A stretch of 64,000 bases of DNA, taken from Eledone cirrhosa. Its lineage: Eukaryota. The DNA lies in contig OZ024761.1 of assembly GCA_964016885.1 (NCBI GenBank), positions 1,922,001 to 1,986,000 of the forward strand. Direction: 5' to 3'. The notes beneath the pieces are model-generated. The model did no database searches, was not told the origin of the DNA, and saw only the letters and a list, made by a program, of their open reading frames with translations. Made by a program: the position numbers and the translations under genes. Below are positions 1 to 12,268 of this stretch, in pieces (positions within the stretch are counted from its first letter, which is position 1; every line of letters starts with the position of its first letter).

Positions 1-523
1 GATCAAGATTAATGTCAAGAAAGTTAGCATTGGTAAGGTTCGTATCTATAGTAATTTTAAGGTTAAGATTAGCAAAAGTATTGATTAAATCTTTACGGAA
101 TTTATCAAGGTTATGGCCGTTGGTGGTATTAAAAACTGCCAATCCGTCATCACGGTATAAACTGATATTATAGGAAGGAAATTTCTCTTTGAGGGTGTGG
201 AGAAGGAATAATCTGACGAAGTCACCCACATCCGCACTGTCAGATGAACCCATTGTAACATCAAAAGAGTTTTCAGGATTTGATTTTTTAACCCAAATAT
301 TTTCATTAGTAAAGAGTAAAGTTTTTCTAGCATGAAAAATAATGTCTTCTTCTAATTTAGAAATATTAATGATGGGTCTTACAAACACTAAGGCATTAGT
401 TAATAAGGAAACAGTAATAGAGGGGTAAAAATCAACAATATCAAATTGGGTAAATCTACACTTATTTTTACCTTGTATATTATTAAACCAAGAAATAACA
501 GAGGAAGTATTTAGCCACCAGTT
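1..523 (-). mobile_element. Penelope-like (Naiad-type) reverse transcriptase fragment, runs off the window start
   Basis: Minus-strand translation NTSSVISWFNNIQGKNKCRFTQFDIVDFYPSI...FDVTMGSSDSADV...LYRDDGLA...NFLDINLD. Confidence 0.85.
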
Positions 524-2342
524 CGATATAGACTCCTACTATACGTCTATATCCCCCATATTACCGAATAAGGCGCTCATACTGGCAATGCGGACGGGCG
601 GAATCACTAGATCCCAGATTGATATAGTTCTTGCCGCTCGTAAAACAATTATCACATTTTAGGATGAATTGTGGACGCGCAAGAACACACATAATAACTT
701 CGACATCACTATGGGGTCTAGTGACTCGGCACAGGTGACAGACCTCGTCGGCTTGTACCTGCTCAAGGAGCTCAACGAGCAGTTCCCGCACCTCAGAGGT
801 GGGCTGTACCGTGACGACGCATTGCTTACTGTGGAGTTTAAACGACACAACCTAGAAAGAACTAGAAAGGACCTATATAAATTCTTCAAGAACTTTAACC
901 TATCAATAACTATGGATAAAAATAGTAAGGTAGTCAACTTTCTAGATGCCACACTAGACCTAGATAAGTTAGAATATGCACAGTACCATAAACCTAACGA
1001 GAGGCTGACATACGTCAATGCCAACTCCAACCACCCAGGCTCAGTCCTCAAAGCAATAGTTAAGGGAGTATCTAGTAGGATAAGCGGACTATCTAGCAAC
1101 GTGACTGCATTTGAGGCAAATGCAGAGTATTACAATAAGGCGCTAGCTAGGTCAGGGCACAAAGATAAACTTCATTATATTGAGACAAACGGCACCACCC
1201 CACTACCCCAACCCAGCACTGTAATCACGCACAATATGTCCATGGGGGATGGAGGGAGGTCTAGAAAGACGAATAGGGACAATAAGAATTTAGCTAAGAA
1301 CACCAACACTCGCAATGCAGACTCGGATAGGGCCCGCACGGCTGGATAGCATTACGCCGCCCCAAGCAAGACCAACAGTGAAAACGGGGGCCAGAGGTCT
1401 AGGAGATTCGAGACCAATACACATACCACCGGGAGCCCAGGACGCACACCTGGTAGAACCCGTAATAATCTAGATGAAGGGAGGGTAAGCAGCATAGGGG
1501 ATAAGAGACGCAGTGGAAGGAATAGAAGACGTGATAGCACCTTCTTTAACCCGCCCTTCAACTCTAATATTATTACAGACCTCCCCAAATCTTTTTTCTC
1601 TTTAATAGATAGGAACTTCCCCCCAGGTACTAGGTACGGTAGTGTCATCAATAAGAATACTATCAAACTATCGTACTCGACAACCCCTAATCTGGCCTCC
1701 CACCTAGCTAAGACCAATAAGAGTAAGATTAAAGAGGGACTTAAGGCCATCCGTAATAGCGAACCACGCCAGTACACACGGCAACATGGGACCGACCCAC
1801 TGAGTGAAGGACCCAGGGGGATAACAGGCAATAGACCCGGTCCCACTAGGCAGCCCCGCGGCCGCTTGGAGGGACATGTACCCCTGATTGAGGAACATGA
1901 CCCTATTAGGAAGTGTAATTGCCGACGGAAGGACAAATGCCCACTAGCTGGACACTGCCTTATTAAGTACGTAGTATATGCTTGTAACGTAACCACAGAC
2001 ACGTATACTAAGACGTATGTGGGGTCAACCGCTAACCAGTTCAAGACGAGATTCAACGCCCACCAGTATAGCTTCCGAAATGAGAAGCTTAAAAGTACCA
2101 CGTCGTTAGCGGGACACATACATAACTTAAAACAAGCAAAAACCCCCTACACACTAAGCTGGAGATGCCTTACTAAAGCTCCTCCATATAGCTCCTTGAG
2201 CAGGTTTTGTAGCCTGTGCCTAACTGAATCTCATGCCATAGTATTCTCAGGACTTAACTTGCTCAACAGGAGGTTAGAAATCTTCTCGTCCTGCCCCCAT
2301 ACTATACTTAGCTCTTTCTTTTTCTTCAGACCAGACACCTAA
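522..2342 (+). pseudogene. PLE RT/GIY-YIG ORF with in-frame TAG stops at 660-662 and 1347-1349
   Basis: One frame: FDIDSYYTSI, FDITMGSSD, GLYRDDAL, FFNPPF, CNCRRKDKCPLAGHC, VVY...YVG (GIY-YIG), CSLC...LNRRLE...CPH. Confidence 0.88.
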
Positions 2343-4440
2343 CCCTGACCCCACCCTGTCTCGCACATGGCTGCCCCGCTGGCGAATGGGGTGCTCTTGA
2401 GTAACCCCGGCCCCTTTGATGCCTCGGCTCCCCACTTGCCGATGGGGACTCTGGCAAGTGGGACACAGGATCAACTGTTCCTCACCAAAGTGGGATTGGT
2501 GGCAGCATTGTTGCTGGGCGCTCTGGGGGCCGCTGATGCCTGCGGTGTGGGATACTGCGAGTGCCTGGACCCACATTGCCTGGTCTGAGGGTGTACCGTC
2601 GAGGATACATATCAACAAATTCGGGAATTTGCCCAAGGGAACAGTAGCGGAACACCCAGTGTGGTGGCCGTTCCCTGCCTGTTATCAATCAAACCCCCCC
2701 CTCCCCTAGTAAACCCCCGCCCCAATAGCTCCCCGTTCTCTCCCATTCATTTTTTTGAGTTAGTTCTTTATTAATAAGGATTTTTTTGTATATTACCACG
2801 GTTGACAAAATGGGCTTGGAGAGTTGACTCCGTTGATGTCTGACCACTCGATATATTAGGGGTTGTGCACCTTGAACTGGGATGTGTCTTGCTGGTCTAC
2901 CTGCTGTCGGCCACTACCCGAGACTGGATGTGGTCGTAGCCACAGGCGTGCGCGGTAGCATGGAGTATGTATTTTCTGCTAGTCACCCCGTGTAATATGA
3001 TACCCCAATATTCCATGCACAGGATTCACCGAAGCATGCTCAGACTTAACCGGGAGATGACATGCGAATTTGAAAATACCACAAGAGAGATCCTTTGGAT
3101 AGCGTAGACGCCGGACCATACCCGCAAATATCTGCATATATACCGTGATCTGTCTTGAATATGCATGACTGACGGGATATAGAAGCAACATGGATAACAC
3201 GACCACCATCTAAGCTAGAACCGACCCCTACAACAAACAAAGAGGGGACAGCCCTTAGCATTTGACCAGTCGCGTGTGAACTTGGAATTGGTGAGAGGAG
3301 GGGATAATAGCGAGAGACGCAATACACCACCCCAGTCAAGTCCATACTTTACCAATATATCAGGTACACCAATATATCCTATACAGCAAAACCTTGGATT
3401 TAGAACCGGCAGGCTGATCTATCGCAAACGCGTGTGATCCCAAGTATGGATTAATAACTGGCACGACTGAAACTACATGGAAAAGATCGAACGGACCACA
3501 CCCTGCGACCACTAGCTGTTTGATCCGCGGGTCCATCTCCCAGAGAGTGCACACAGCTGATAGTGAGTCCCAGTTGATTCGTGAACTCGGAACTTTTCAA
3601 CAAGACCAACTGTATCTGGAGCTACGCAGATGATTGCATGCGCACAATGGATATCGCACCTACAAAGTCACCTGTATTGTTCATCTTACTGTATGTGTGT
3701 AAAGTATTCATGTATGGGATATCCCTGAGTAAATTTGCTTGACTGTTAATTGTTTGTTAATTAGGCAGGAATATATTATTATATCTTTGTTAATACATTA
3801 TTAGATTACTGAAGCTATTTAATACCTTCTTAAAAATACATTTTATAATAATTGTCTTTTTGCTTATATATTTTCTTACTTATCATTTTCTTTAATCTTC
3901 GAGCCCAACTTGATAAGCTCTTTGAATTACTCCTTAATTAGATTACTTAAATTACTTTATTTATTATACCTAAGTTGTTGTATCTGTTGAAGCAACCCTT
4001 TGGAAATTCCTCGGATCTCCCAAATCCCGTAATTTTTAATTTGTAATTTTCCTCAATTCATTTATATATATTTTTAAAGGTTCTCTAAAATTTTAATTCT
4101 TTGAAGGGTCTTTCGGAAGAGGTTTTTATTAAAAATATTAAAGGGGCCTTTTCTGAGGGATTTTTTGAAGGCTTTTTGAATTAACCTTTAATTGATTCAT
4201 TTCTCTCAACTATTTATTTCTTAATTTTAAAAATTAAATTTAATGTCCAACCTCTTAATCTTTAATTTTTAATTTTAAGATTGCTTAATCTTAAATTAAT
4301 TAATTTTTTTAATTTCTGGGTTTGGAACTCTTAAACTTCAAATCCTAACTTAAATCTTAATCTTTATATTATGGACTCCCTAAATCATTAACTTTATTAA
4401 CCTCTTAAATCTTATTGAAAGTTTTTTTCCCTAATTTCTC

Positions 4441-4502
4441 ATTTTTAATTTTTAATTTTTAATTTTTAATTTTTAATTTTTAATTTTTAATTTTTAATTT
4501 TT
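4441..4502. repeat. (TTTTTAA)n heptamer tandem repeat
   Basis: About 9 consecutive units seen directly. Confidence 0.85.
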
Positions 4503-4970
4503 GAGCTTAGAACTTTCGTAGGGATTATTAAATCTTCGTAAATTTTCTTAAATTTTTTAAGGGAATTTATTAGAAAAATTTTTTTTTGAAGGAATTTTTT
4601 AGTAAACTTTTTATTTTTTTTATTCTCTTAATCTCTTCTGGTTTTTTTAAGTTTATTGAGGCTTATAAGCTTTATGCGCTTATTGAGGGATTTTTTAAGG
4701 TGCCTTTAAGAGATCCCAAGTCTTTTACTTTTAATGCGTAACTTATAAATTCTTTAATTTTTAACCTTCAATCCCTAACTTGTAGGCCCTTTTCAAATTC
4801 TCTTAATTCCCTATAACCCATCCCTCTTACAACTCCTACAACTAATATAAAAGAGCCCCCTTAGAATATAGACCCCAAATATACAAGCTGAGCTGTTGAT
4901 GTATACCACGATTTCAAACTGCTAATCTTGAGTGAAACGTTGATGAAAATAATGAACTTACAATTACCTG

Positions 4971-5026
4971 TTATATGCCTTGAAAAGTCCCACCATATGG
5001 TCGGACGAAACGGCTGTCGGCAATAA
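4971..5026 (+). ncRNA. Minimal type-I hammerhead ribozyme, U3-A8 core variant
   Basis: Stem I TTAT-A-TGCC/GGCA-ATAA; core TTGAAAA; stem II GTCC..GGAC; GAAA-C-GGCT-GTC cleavage site; AATAAA overlaps the 3' strand. Confidence 0.7.
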
Positions 5027-5180
5027 ACTTGTTATAATGTCATAAAAGTTCCTTTGTTCTTTTTCCTTAATATTTCTGCTCTGCTTATACGCATAGAGCT
5101 TAACTAGCTACCGTCGCATATTTGGTAGGTCAGGCGTGATAATCGCGATTTACGTACGACCTACCATACATCTTGCTTAC

Positions 5181-6244
5181 ATATATATATATATTATATA
5201 TTTATTAAAATAACAGATTATTACTATATATATATTATTACTATATATATATATTATATATATATATATATTATATATATATTATATATATATATATATA
5301 TTATATATATATATATATTATATATATATATATATATTATATATATATATATATTATATATATATATATATATTATATATATATATATATTATATATATA
5401 TTATATATATATATATATTATATATATATTATATATATTTATATATATTATATATATATATTATATATATATATATATTATATATATTATATATATATAT
5501 TATATTATATATATATTATATATATATTATATTATATATATATTATATATATATTATATTATATATATATTATATTATATATATATATATATTATATATA
5601 TATTATATTATATATATATTATATTATATATATATATATATTATATATATATTATATTATATATATATTATATTATATATATATTATATTATATATATAT
5701 TATATTATATATATATATATATTATATATATATTATATTATATATATATTATATATATATATATATTATATTATATATATATTATATATATATATTATAT
5801 ATATATATATATTATATTATATATATATTATATATATATATATTATATATATATATATATTATATTATATATATATTATATATATTATATTATATATATA
5901 TTATATTATATTATATATATTATATTATATATATATTATATATATTATATTATATATATTATATATATATTATATATATATTATATATATATATTATATA
6001 TATATATATATTATATTATATATATATTATATATATATATTATATATATATATATTATATATATATATATATATTATATTATATATATATTATATATATA
6101 TTATATATATATATATTATATTATATATATATTATATTATATTATATATATATTATATATATATATATATTATATTATATATATATTATATTATATATAT
6201 ATATATATATATTATATTATATATATATTATATTATATATATAT

Positions 6245-6276
<32 letters not shown>

Positions 6277-6281
6277 ATATA
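5181..6281. repeat. About 1.1-kb compound (TA)n/(TTA) microsatellite
   Basis: Seen directly. Confidence 0.95.
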
Positions 6282-6282
6282 T

Positions 6283-6723
6283 GAGAGTATTGAAGTTTGC
6301 TTGAAGCATTGTGGAACAATAGGTAAATATCTTTAAGTCGTTTGGAAGCCTCGACAATGCAAATGGGTAAATCTCCGGGTAACAAGGTCCGGTGGTGGAG
6401 AGAGAGATGTAAGTGGGTGTACGTTGAGATGCGTGGTGTGTATAAGATGTGTGAGATATGTAGAATGAAGGGAAGAGTATAAAGGATAAAATTAAAATAA
6501 CAACACAAGAGAGAGTTACTTTGGGAGAGATTTAATAGTCCCTATATATTTCGGATTCACATCCATCAACTGGGGTTTTTTTCCGGGGTGGGGGAAAAGG
6601 TTGTCTGTCGGACAAGTCCGGAACGCGTCCTTCGCTGTTTGTTGTTTTGAATATCCGAAATATATAGGGACTATTAAATCTCTCCCAAGGTAACTCTCTC
6701 TTGTGTTGTTATTTTAATTTTAT
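6283..6723. repeat. Dispersed repeat (second copy about 29525-29742) with a 71-bp inverted duplication 6486-6556/6653-6723; probable PLE terminal fragment
   Basis: Near-identical copy at 29.5 kb; inverted arms end in GAAA-TATATA-GGGA; flanked by (TA)n. Confidence 0.65.
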
Positions 6724-6732
6724 ATATATATA

Positions 6733-6840
6733 TAAATGTTGGAGATGCAGGATATGGCAGCGATAATGAGGGATAGAGACCGCTGGAGAGAACTCGTCCA
6801 TGGATCTCGGGAATTTTACCCGCCTTAGATAGATAGATAT
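6733..6840 (+). mobile_element. Short RTE-like 3' end with (TAGA)n tail
   Basis: MRDRDRWRELV...stop followed by tagatagatagat. Confidence 0.55.
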
Positions 6841-6924
6841 TATATATATATATATATTATATATATATATATTATATATATTATATATATATTATATATA
6901 TATATATATTATATATATATATAT

Positions 6925-7724
6925 TCATCATCATCGTTTAACGTCCATGTTCCATGCTTGCATGGGTTTGGACGGGAGTTTTCCCACTTGAGGCAAGAGT
7001 GGTTGTCTTGCTTGCATAGGACTGTCTGGCGGGTTTTCTACAGTTGGATGCCCTTCCTAACACCAACCACATCTACAGTGTGGGGCTGGGAGGTTTTTAC
7101 CGTGTTGCCTACACGGCCACATTTACAGCGTGGACTGTGTGTTTTTTTTTGTCGTGACACCTACACGATCTCATTTGTTTCGGCCTGGATTTTGTGTCAC
7201 CAACATAACTTTACATTGAAAGGGGGCGGTGTGGATGGGGTGGGGGTGTGTTTTGTTAGAGATGCCTACTGACTGTAGTAGGTTTTACTTTGTATTTAGG
7301 TAAGGCGGGTCTTCTCTATTACTGAGTACCGCCAAAGGTCTCGGTCCAGTGACATTGTCTTGGAGAGGTGTAAGTGTGTGAGGTCGGAATTTATCAGCTC
7401 GTCCCAGGTTTTTCTGGGTCTGCCTACTCCGTGGCTACCGTCTATCTTTATTGCCCTGCACTTTGTTATACAGCTATCGACTTTCATGCGCATCACGTGT
7501 CCATACCAACGTAGCCTTCTCTCGAGTAAACATCATCTGACCCCTCTTATTTCTAATTTTTTCCTTAGTTCGTTTATGCTTTGCCGTTCGCGTATATTAC
7601 TATTACACATCCAGCGGAGCATGCAAGCTTCGTTCCTCTCTAGTCTGCGTATATCCTCTGCACACAAAGCCCAGGTCTCACTGCCATGCAACATTGCTGT
7701 TCGTATGCAGGCATCATACAACCT
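6925..7724 (-). mobile_element. RTE-clade LINE 3' fragment
   Basis: RLYDACIRTAMLHGSETW...RLRWYGHVMRM...GRPRKTW, 3' UTR and (GAT)n tail at about 6925. Confidence 0.9.
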
Positions 7725-9212
7725 GGTGGGCTCTTAGAAAACTAGGAGTAGATGAATGGCTTGTGAAAGCGGTACAAGCCATGTATAGGGGAGCAGTCAG
7801 CAAAGTTAGGATTAGCAATGAGTATAGCGAGGAATTTAGCGTACAGGTTGGGGTCCACCAGGGCTCTGCTCTTAGCCCCCTCCTGTTCATCATAGTCCTG
7901 CAGGCAATAACGGAGGATTTTAAGACCGGATGCCCATGGGAACTCCTGTATGCTGATGACCTCGCACTTATAGCTGAATCTATGGTAGAACTAGAGGATA
8001 AATTCCAAACTTGGAAGCAGGGACTAGAAAGAAAGGGTCTCAAAGTCAACATGACAAAGACTAAGTCCTTGTAAGTAGACGAGAAAACAGAACCCAGATC
8101 CCCTCAGGGAAATGGCCTTGCTCAGTATGTAGGAAAGGTGTAGGTAGGAACTCCATTCTCTGCCCCAAATGCAAACAATGGGTACACAAGAGATGTAGCG
8201 GGATCTCAGGAAGCTTAATTAAGAATGTAGGCTTCACATGCAGCAGCTGTGCTGGGACAGCAAGCAGCAAACAGCCACAGGAAACAAGTACCACCAATCT
8301 CTGGGAGGGCTCTGTAGAAACAGTAGACAGCTTCTGCTACCTAGGTGACCGAATTAGCAGCGGAGGTGGGTGTTCAGAAAGTACAATAACTAGGGTAAGA
8401 ACGGGACGGAAGAAGTTTAGGGAACTACTACCACTGCTAGCTGCAAAAGGTTTCTCCCTCAGAATGAAAGGCAGACTGTATGATGCGTGTATCCGAACAG
8501 CAATGTTGCATGGTAGTGAGACCTGGGCGCTGAAGGTGGAAGACTTACATAGATTAGAGAGAAACGAAGCCTGCATGCTCCGATGGATGTGTAACAGTAA
8601 TATACGTGAACGACAAAGCATAAATGAATTGAGAGAGGGACTGAGCATAAGAGGAATCAAATGCTGTGTGCAGGAGAGGCGGTTGCGCTGGTATGGGCAT
8701 GTGATGCGTATGAAGGATGACAGCTGCATAAAAAGGTGCAGAGCACTAGAAGTCGATGGAAACCGTGGAGTGGGGAGACCCAAGATGACCTGGGATGAGT
8801 TGATAAAAGCCAACCTTACCCAATTACACCTCTCAAAGGCAATGACACGCAACCGTGACCTCTGGTGTCACGCAGTAATACAGAGTACCCGACCTCTCAT
8901 GGGTACAAGCTGAAGCATATAGACAATATGCCCCCACACCCCCCACCGCAAGGTGGTCGTGGAGGTGCCACGGCAAAAAAGCACCCAGCCCACACTGTAA
9001 AGTGGACATGTAGGCGCCACGAAAAAGCACCTAGCACTCGCTGTAAATGAGGTTGGTGTTAGGAAGGGCATCCAGCTGTAGAAATCAAGCCGAATCACTT
9101 CCTGTATGAGCAAGGCATGGTCAGCCGACCAGACACTGCCCACAACAGGACAACCCGTCTAACCCATGCTAGCGTGGAAGAACGGACGTAAAACGGTGAT
9201 GATGATGATGAT
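7723..9212 (+). mobile_element. RTE-clade LINE, 5'-truncated (RT core, PHD-like finger, 3' UTR, (GAT)n tail)
   Basis: GVHQGSALSPLLF, LLYADDL, CSVC..CPKC..HKRC..CSSC; stop at 8913; tail 9197-9212. Confidence 0.92.
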
Positions 9213-9216
9213 ATAT

Positions 9217-9248
<32 letters not shown>

Positions 9249-9804
9249 TAGAGAGAGAGTATTGCCAAGGTAACAATATAATCTTACCTTAGCAAATTTA
9301 ATAATCCCAAATATTTTCGGGTTTAAAAATCCATTATCAACGGAGTATCCCTGTGAAAGACTTCAATTATCGATGGGAGATGACTTGTTAGGAAGGCGTA
9401 TTTAAGTTAAAACTTAACTTAAATCTGCCTTTGTTTTTAGAACCATTAAACAGGTCACGAATTTTGAATTTATGCCAGAGTAAACGAGCAACTCTACAAT
9501 TTTTTTGCTATTCCTGTGTCTTGTCTCCAGTGTCAGTAATGCTGATGCTAATATATAATACACCCTGTACGCTCTGTAAAGTGGTTGACGTCATGAAGTG
9601 TATGCAACCATAGAAACTATGCCAAACATGGTACGTATGAACAAGATGGGGGTCTCTCCAACACGTCTAGTCTCAGATCGTAACAACCCGTCCCACCCAG
9701 CCTGAATGGACGGCGAATATATAATGATAATCATAGTGCCTCTTGGACTACATTATCTAATGTGTCCTTCCTTGTTATATTTTATTTAGCCCCTCTATAT
9801 TTCT

Positions 9805-9945
9805 CAGTTCAAATCCCACTGAAGTTAACTTTGCCTTTCATCCTTACGGGGTCAATAAAATAAAATACCAGTAATACACTGGAGTCGAATTAATCGACTT
9901 TCTCCTTCCTTTCAAATTGTTAGCCTTGTGCCAAATGTTAAAACA
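9805..9945 (+). mobile_element. tRNA-type SINE fragment
   Basis: GTTCAAAT B-box followed by the recurring core ACTTTGCCTTTCATCCTTACGGGGTCAATAAAATAAA. Confidence 0.75.
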
Positions 9946-10139
9946 ATCTTTGTCTGTCTTGATGGATCAGATTAAAGATGCCCTACTCGTGACCAACCAG
10001 CTATTCAGGCTCTCTCTGTTATTGTTGATTATACTCAAGTTTGTCTTGATCCAGCAAGTCTATCATCAAAGGGGTTCCAACCATGATGAAATAATGAAAT
10101 TATTGTGTACAGTGCTCAGGTGCACTACATCATGATGAT

Positions 10140-10460
10140 CATCATCATCACCGTTTAACATCTATTTCCAATGCTTGCATAAGTTAGACAGCTGCCACGT
10201 ACCGAGGCAAGGCAAGGTATGCTTGTACACGTTTTGGGGCTTGGCTTCTATGACTGGATGTCCTTCCTAATGCCAACCACTTTACAGCATGTACTGGGAA
10301 CATTTTATGACTCTGACACTACCACCTTACAGAGGCGACTAAGAGCTTTATTTTATGGTACCAGTACAACCACCTTACAGAGTAAACTGGGTGCTTTATG
10401 TCATGGTACCAATACAACCACCTTACAGACTAGACTAGGTGCTTTTGTAGTGACTCCAGC
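10140..10460 (-). mobile_element. RTE-related 3' UTR fragment with (CAT)n
   Basis: CTGGATG(T)CCTTCCTAA(T)GCCAACCAC motif shared with the RTE 3' UTRs in this window. Confidence 0.6.
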
Positions 10461-11330
10461 ACTACCCCATTGCTGTATTAAATTGCTCAGTACACTTGGT
10501 TGTATTTGGGGAAGGGCTTGGAGGGTGGGGGTGGCCATGAAGTTAATGGCTGCTGTCTGACATATTGTGAGATGTGCTGGCTTCCTTTGATTGCCAAAAG
10601 CAGAGTGGGGCGGGGTGTGCTTTATATGCTACTTGGAGCAAGTAGATGGAGGGATAGTGTTTTTCATTTTGGGGTGTGCCAGGCTTTCCTGAGTTGGGAA
10701 AATGTTGGAGGTTCCTGTCATTTATTGAAATCGTGCATGTATGGGTGTGTAACTCCTGATGGAGTTGTAGAGGTGCTGAGGTGGCACAGTATTTCTAGGG
10801 CATTTTAAGCCTAGAGGAGCCCATCTTTCTCCAGGTCTAAATACAGCAAATTTCTTCCTGAGAAAGTGAAAAAGAAATAGAGGGAGAATCAACCCCTGTA
10901 TTGGACTGGTAAAGTTGACCTCGGCGGGATTTGAACTCAGAAAACAGTAACGAATACCACAAAGCATTCTATCTGACATTCTAATGACTCTGCACAGTGT
11001 TTCTAAAACTATATTGTTGAACAAGGGTGTTCTAACTATGACCATCCTGTCATTTATTCAGACATAGTGTATCTAAGACTACCTTGTTCAACATGTTCAT
11101 CCTTGGTTTAAGGCAGTACGATGTGATTTGGCTGCTATTTCTATCGGGTCAAACAACTGCCACAGGTAGTAGGGTGTTATTTGGGGGAGATTTGGCTGCT
11201 ATTTCTAACGGGTCAAACAACAGCTATGTTAACACTATATCAGATGCAGTAGGGTGTGATTTGGCTGCTATTTCTATCAGATTAGGTTGACAGTGTTAAT
11301 CCATAGATTATACAACTGTCATTTTTATTT

Positions 11331-11369
<39 letters not shown>

Positions 11370-11630
11370 GTGGTGGTGGTGGTTGTGGTAGTAATACTAG
11401 TGATGGAGGTAGTAGTAGTAATCCATCAAAATGTGGGAATCGTGTCTGAATAATGAAAACAGATTAACAGGATTAAAGATGTTTGTTTTAACTTTTATTG
11501 TTGTTGTTTCTGATTAACTGTTTTAGTATTAAGAATACCTTTCTAAAGAAGACCAGTAATTAAGTAGGGGAAAGATATTGATTATATTGACCCCCAAGTT
11601 ATCTTATTTTATCAACCCTGGAAGGATTAA

Positions 11631-11825
11631 CCCTTTAGCATTTACATTACTCTATATTTACGATTGTATTTTCACAGTGAAGGCTTTACTTCACATTATA
11701 TTGAATGTACGAGATTTTGATATTTATTTTGAGAACAATATCTTAACATCAGTATGAGTGGCCGGTTTGAACAGAAAGAGGTGAGAGAATTTTGGCCAGA
11801 TATGGCCAGTTTAAATGCTAAAGGG
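11631..11825. mobile_element. piggyBac-type MITE (195 bp) inserted into a SINE
   Basis: TTAA at 11627-30 and 11826-29; 14-bp TIR CCCTTTAGCATTTA; the flanks rejoin as the SINE core. Confidence 0.85.
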
Positions 11826-11884
11826 TTAAAGGGAAAGTTTGACCTCGGCAGGATTTGGAATCGCAATTTAGTAATAATAATCAT

Positions 11885-12055
11885 AATTGTTTCTACATTT
11901 AGCACAAAACTAGTAATTTGAAGGGAGGCAGGTGAAATTCTATTCAATGGACCCAGTATATTATTGGTACTTTAGTGACCCCCTCCTTCCCTGTAAGGAT
12001 GATAGGCAAAGCTAACGTTGGCAGCATTTGAACTCAGAACGTAAAGGGACATAAC
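11885..12055 (-). mobile_element. SINE copy
   Basis: Reverse complement of the SINE core, B-box and GTAGAAACAAT 3' end. Confidence 0.7.
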
Positions 12056-12168
12056 TGCATGACACAAAGGCAACCTCTCACTTTCTTTCAGTATTTCACC
12101 TTCTCTTCCTTTCTCTCTTTCACTCTCCTCCTCTCTCTCACAAACTCTAACCTCTCTTTCTCTTGTAG

Positions 12169-12268
12169 TGAAGAAAATGTCTGGAAGCTCTGTGAAGCTG
12201 TCAACAATGGCCGACCTGAGGAACTGCAGTTTTGTTCTGTTGTATTCATTACAAATGAAGATGGGGCA
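12169..12268 (+). CDS. NTAQ1: Protein N-terminal glutamine amidohydrolase, internal exon (catalytic Cys codon split at exon start)
   Basis: Polypyrimidine tract and AG; (C)EENVWKLCE...VVFITNEDGA; GTGAGT donor. Confidence 0.92.

Larger units (their letters stand above)
519..5180 (+). mobile_element. 5'-truncated Naiad-type Penelope-like element (RT plus GIY-YIG) with a long 3' region ending near a hammerhead motif
   Basis: RT/GIY-YIG frame 522-2342, hammerhead-like motif at 4971-5026, then (TA)n. Assigning 2343-5180 to this same element is inference. Confidence 0.7.

Noticed and set aside
1352-2119. 255-aa minus-strand ORF
   Set aside because: Antisense shadow of the PLE frame with no motifs
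522-2342. Possible selenoprotein-type Naiad ORF
   Set aside because: The internal stops are TAG, not TGA, and the conserved Cys codons are TGY; no SECIS recognised
2274-3554. Short ORFs downstream of the PLE
   Set aside because: No recognisable domains or splice support
9300-9350. Minus-strand TTGATAA..GAAA hammerhead-like string (weaker ones near 6540, 29870 and 45580)
   Set aside because: Stem I or the core is too degenerate to call
9213-12168. First coding exon of NTAQ1
   Set aside because: No Y.SCY-type segment ending in a phase-2 donor found; it probably lies upstream of the window or is too diverged
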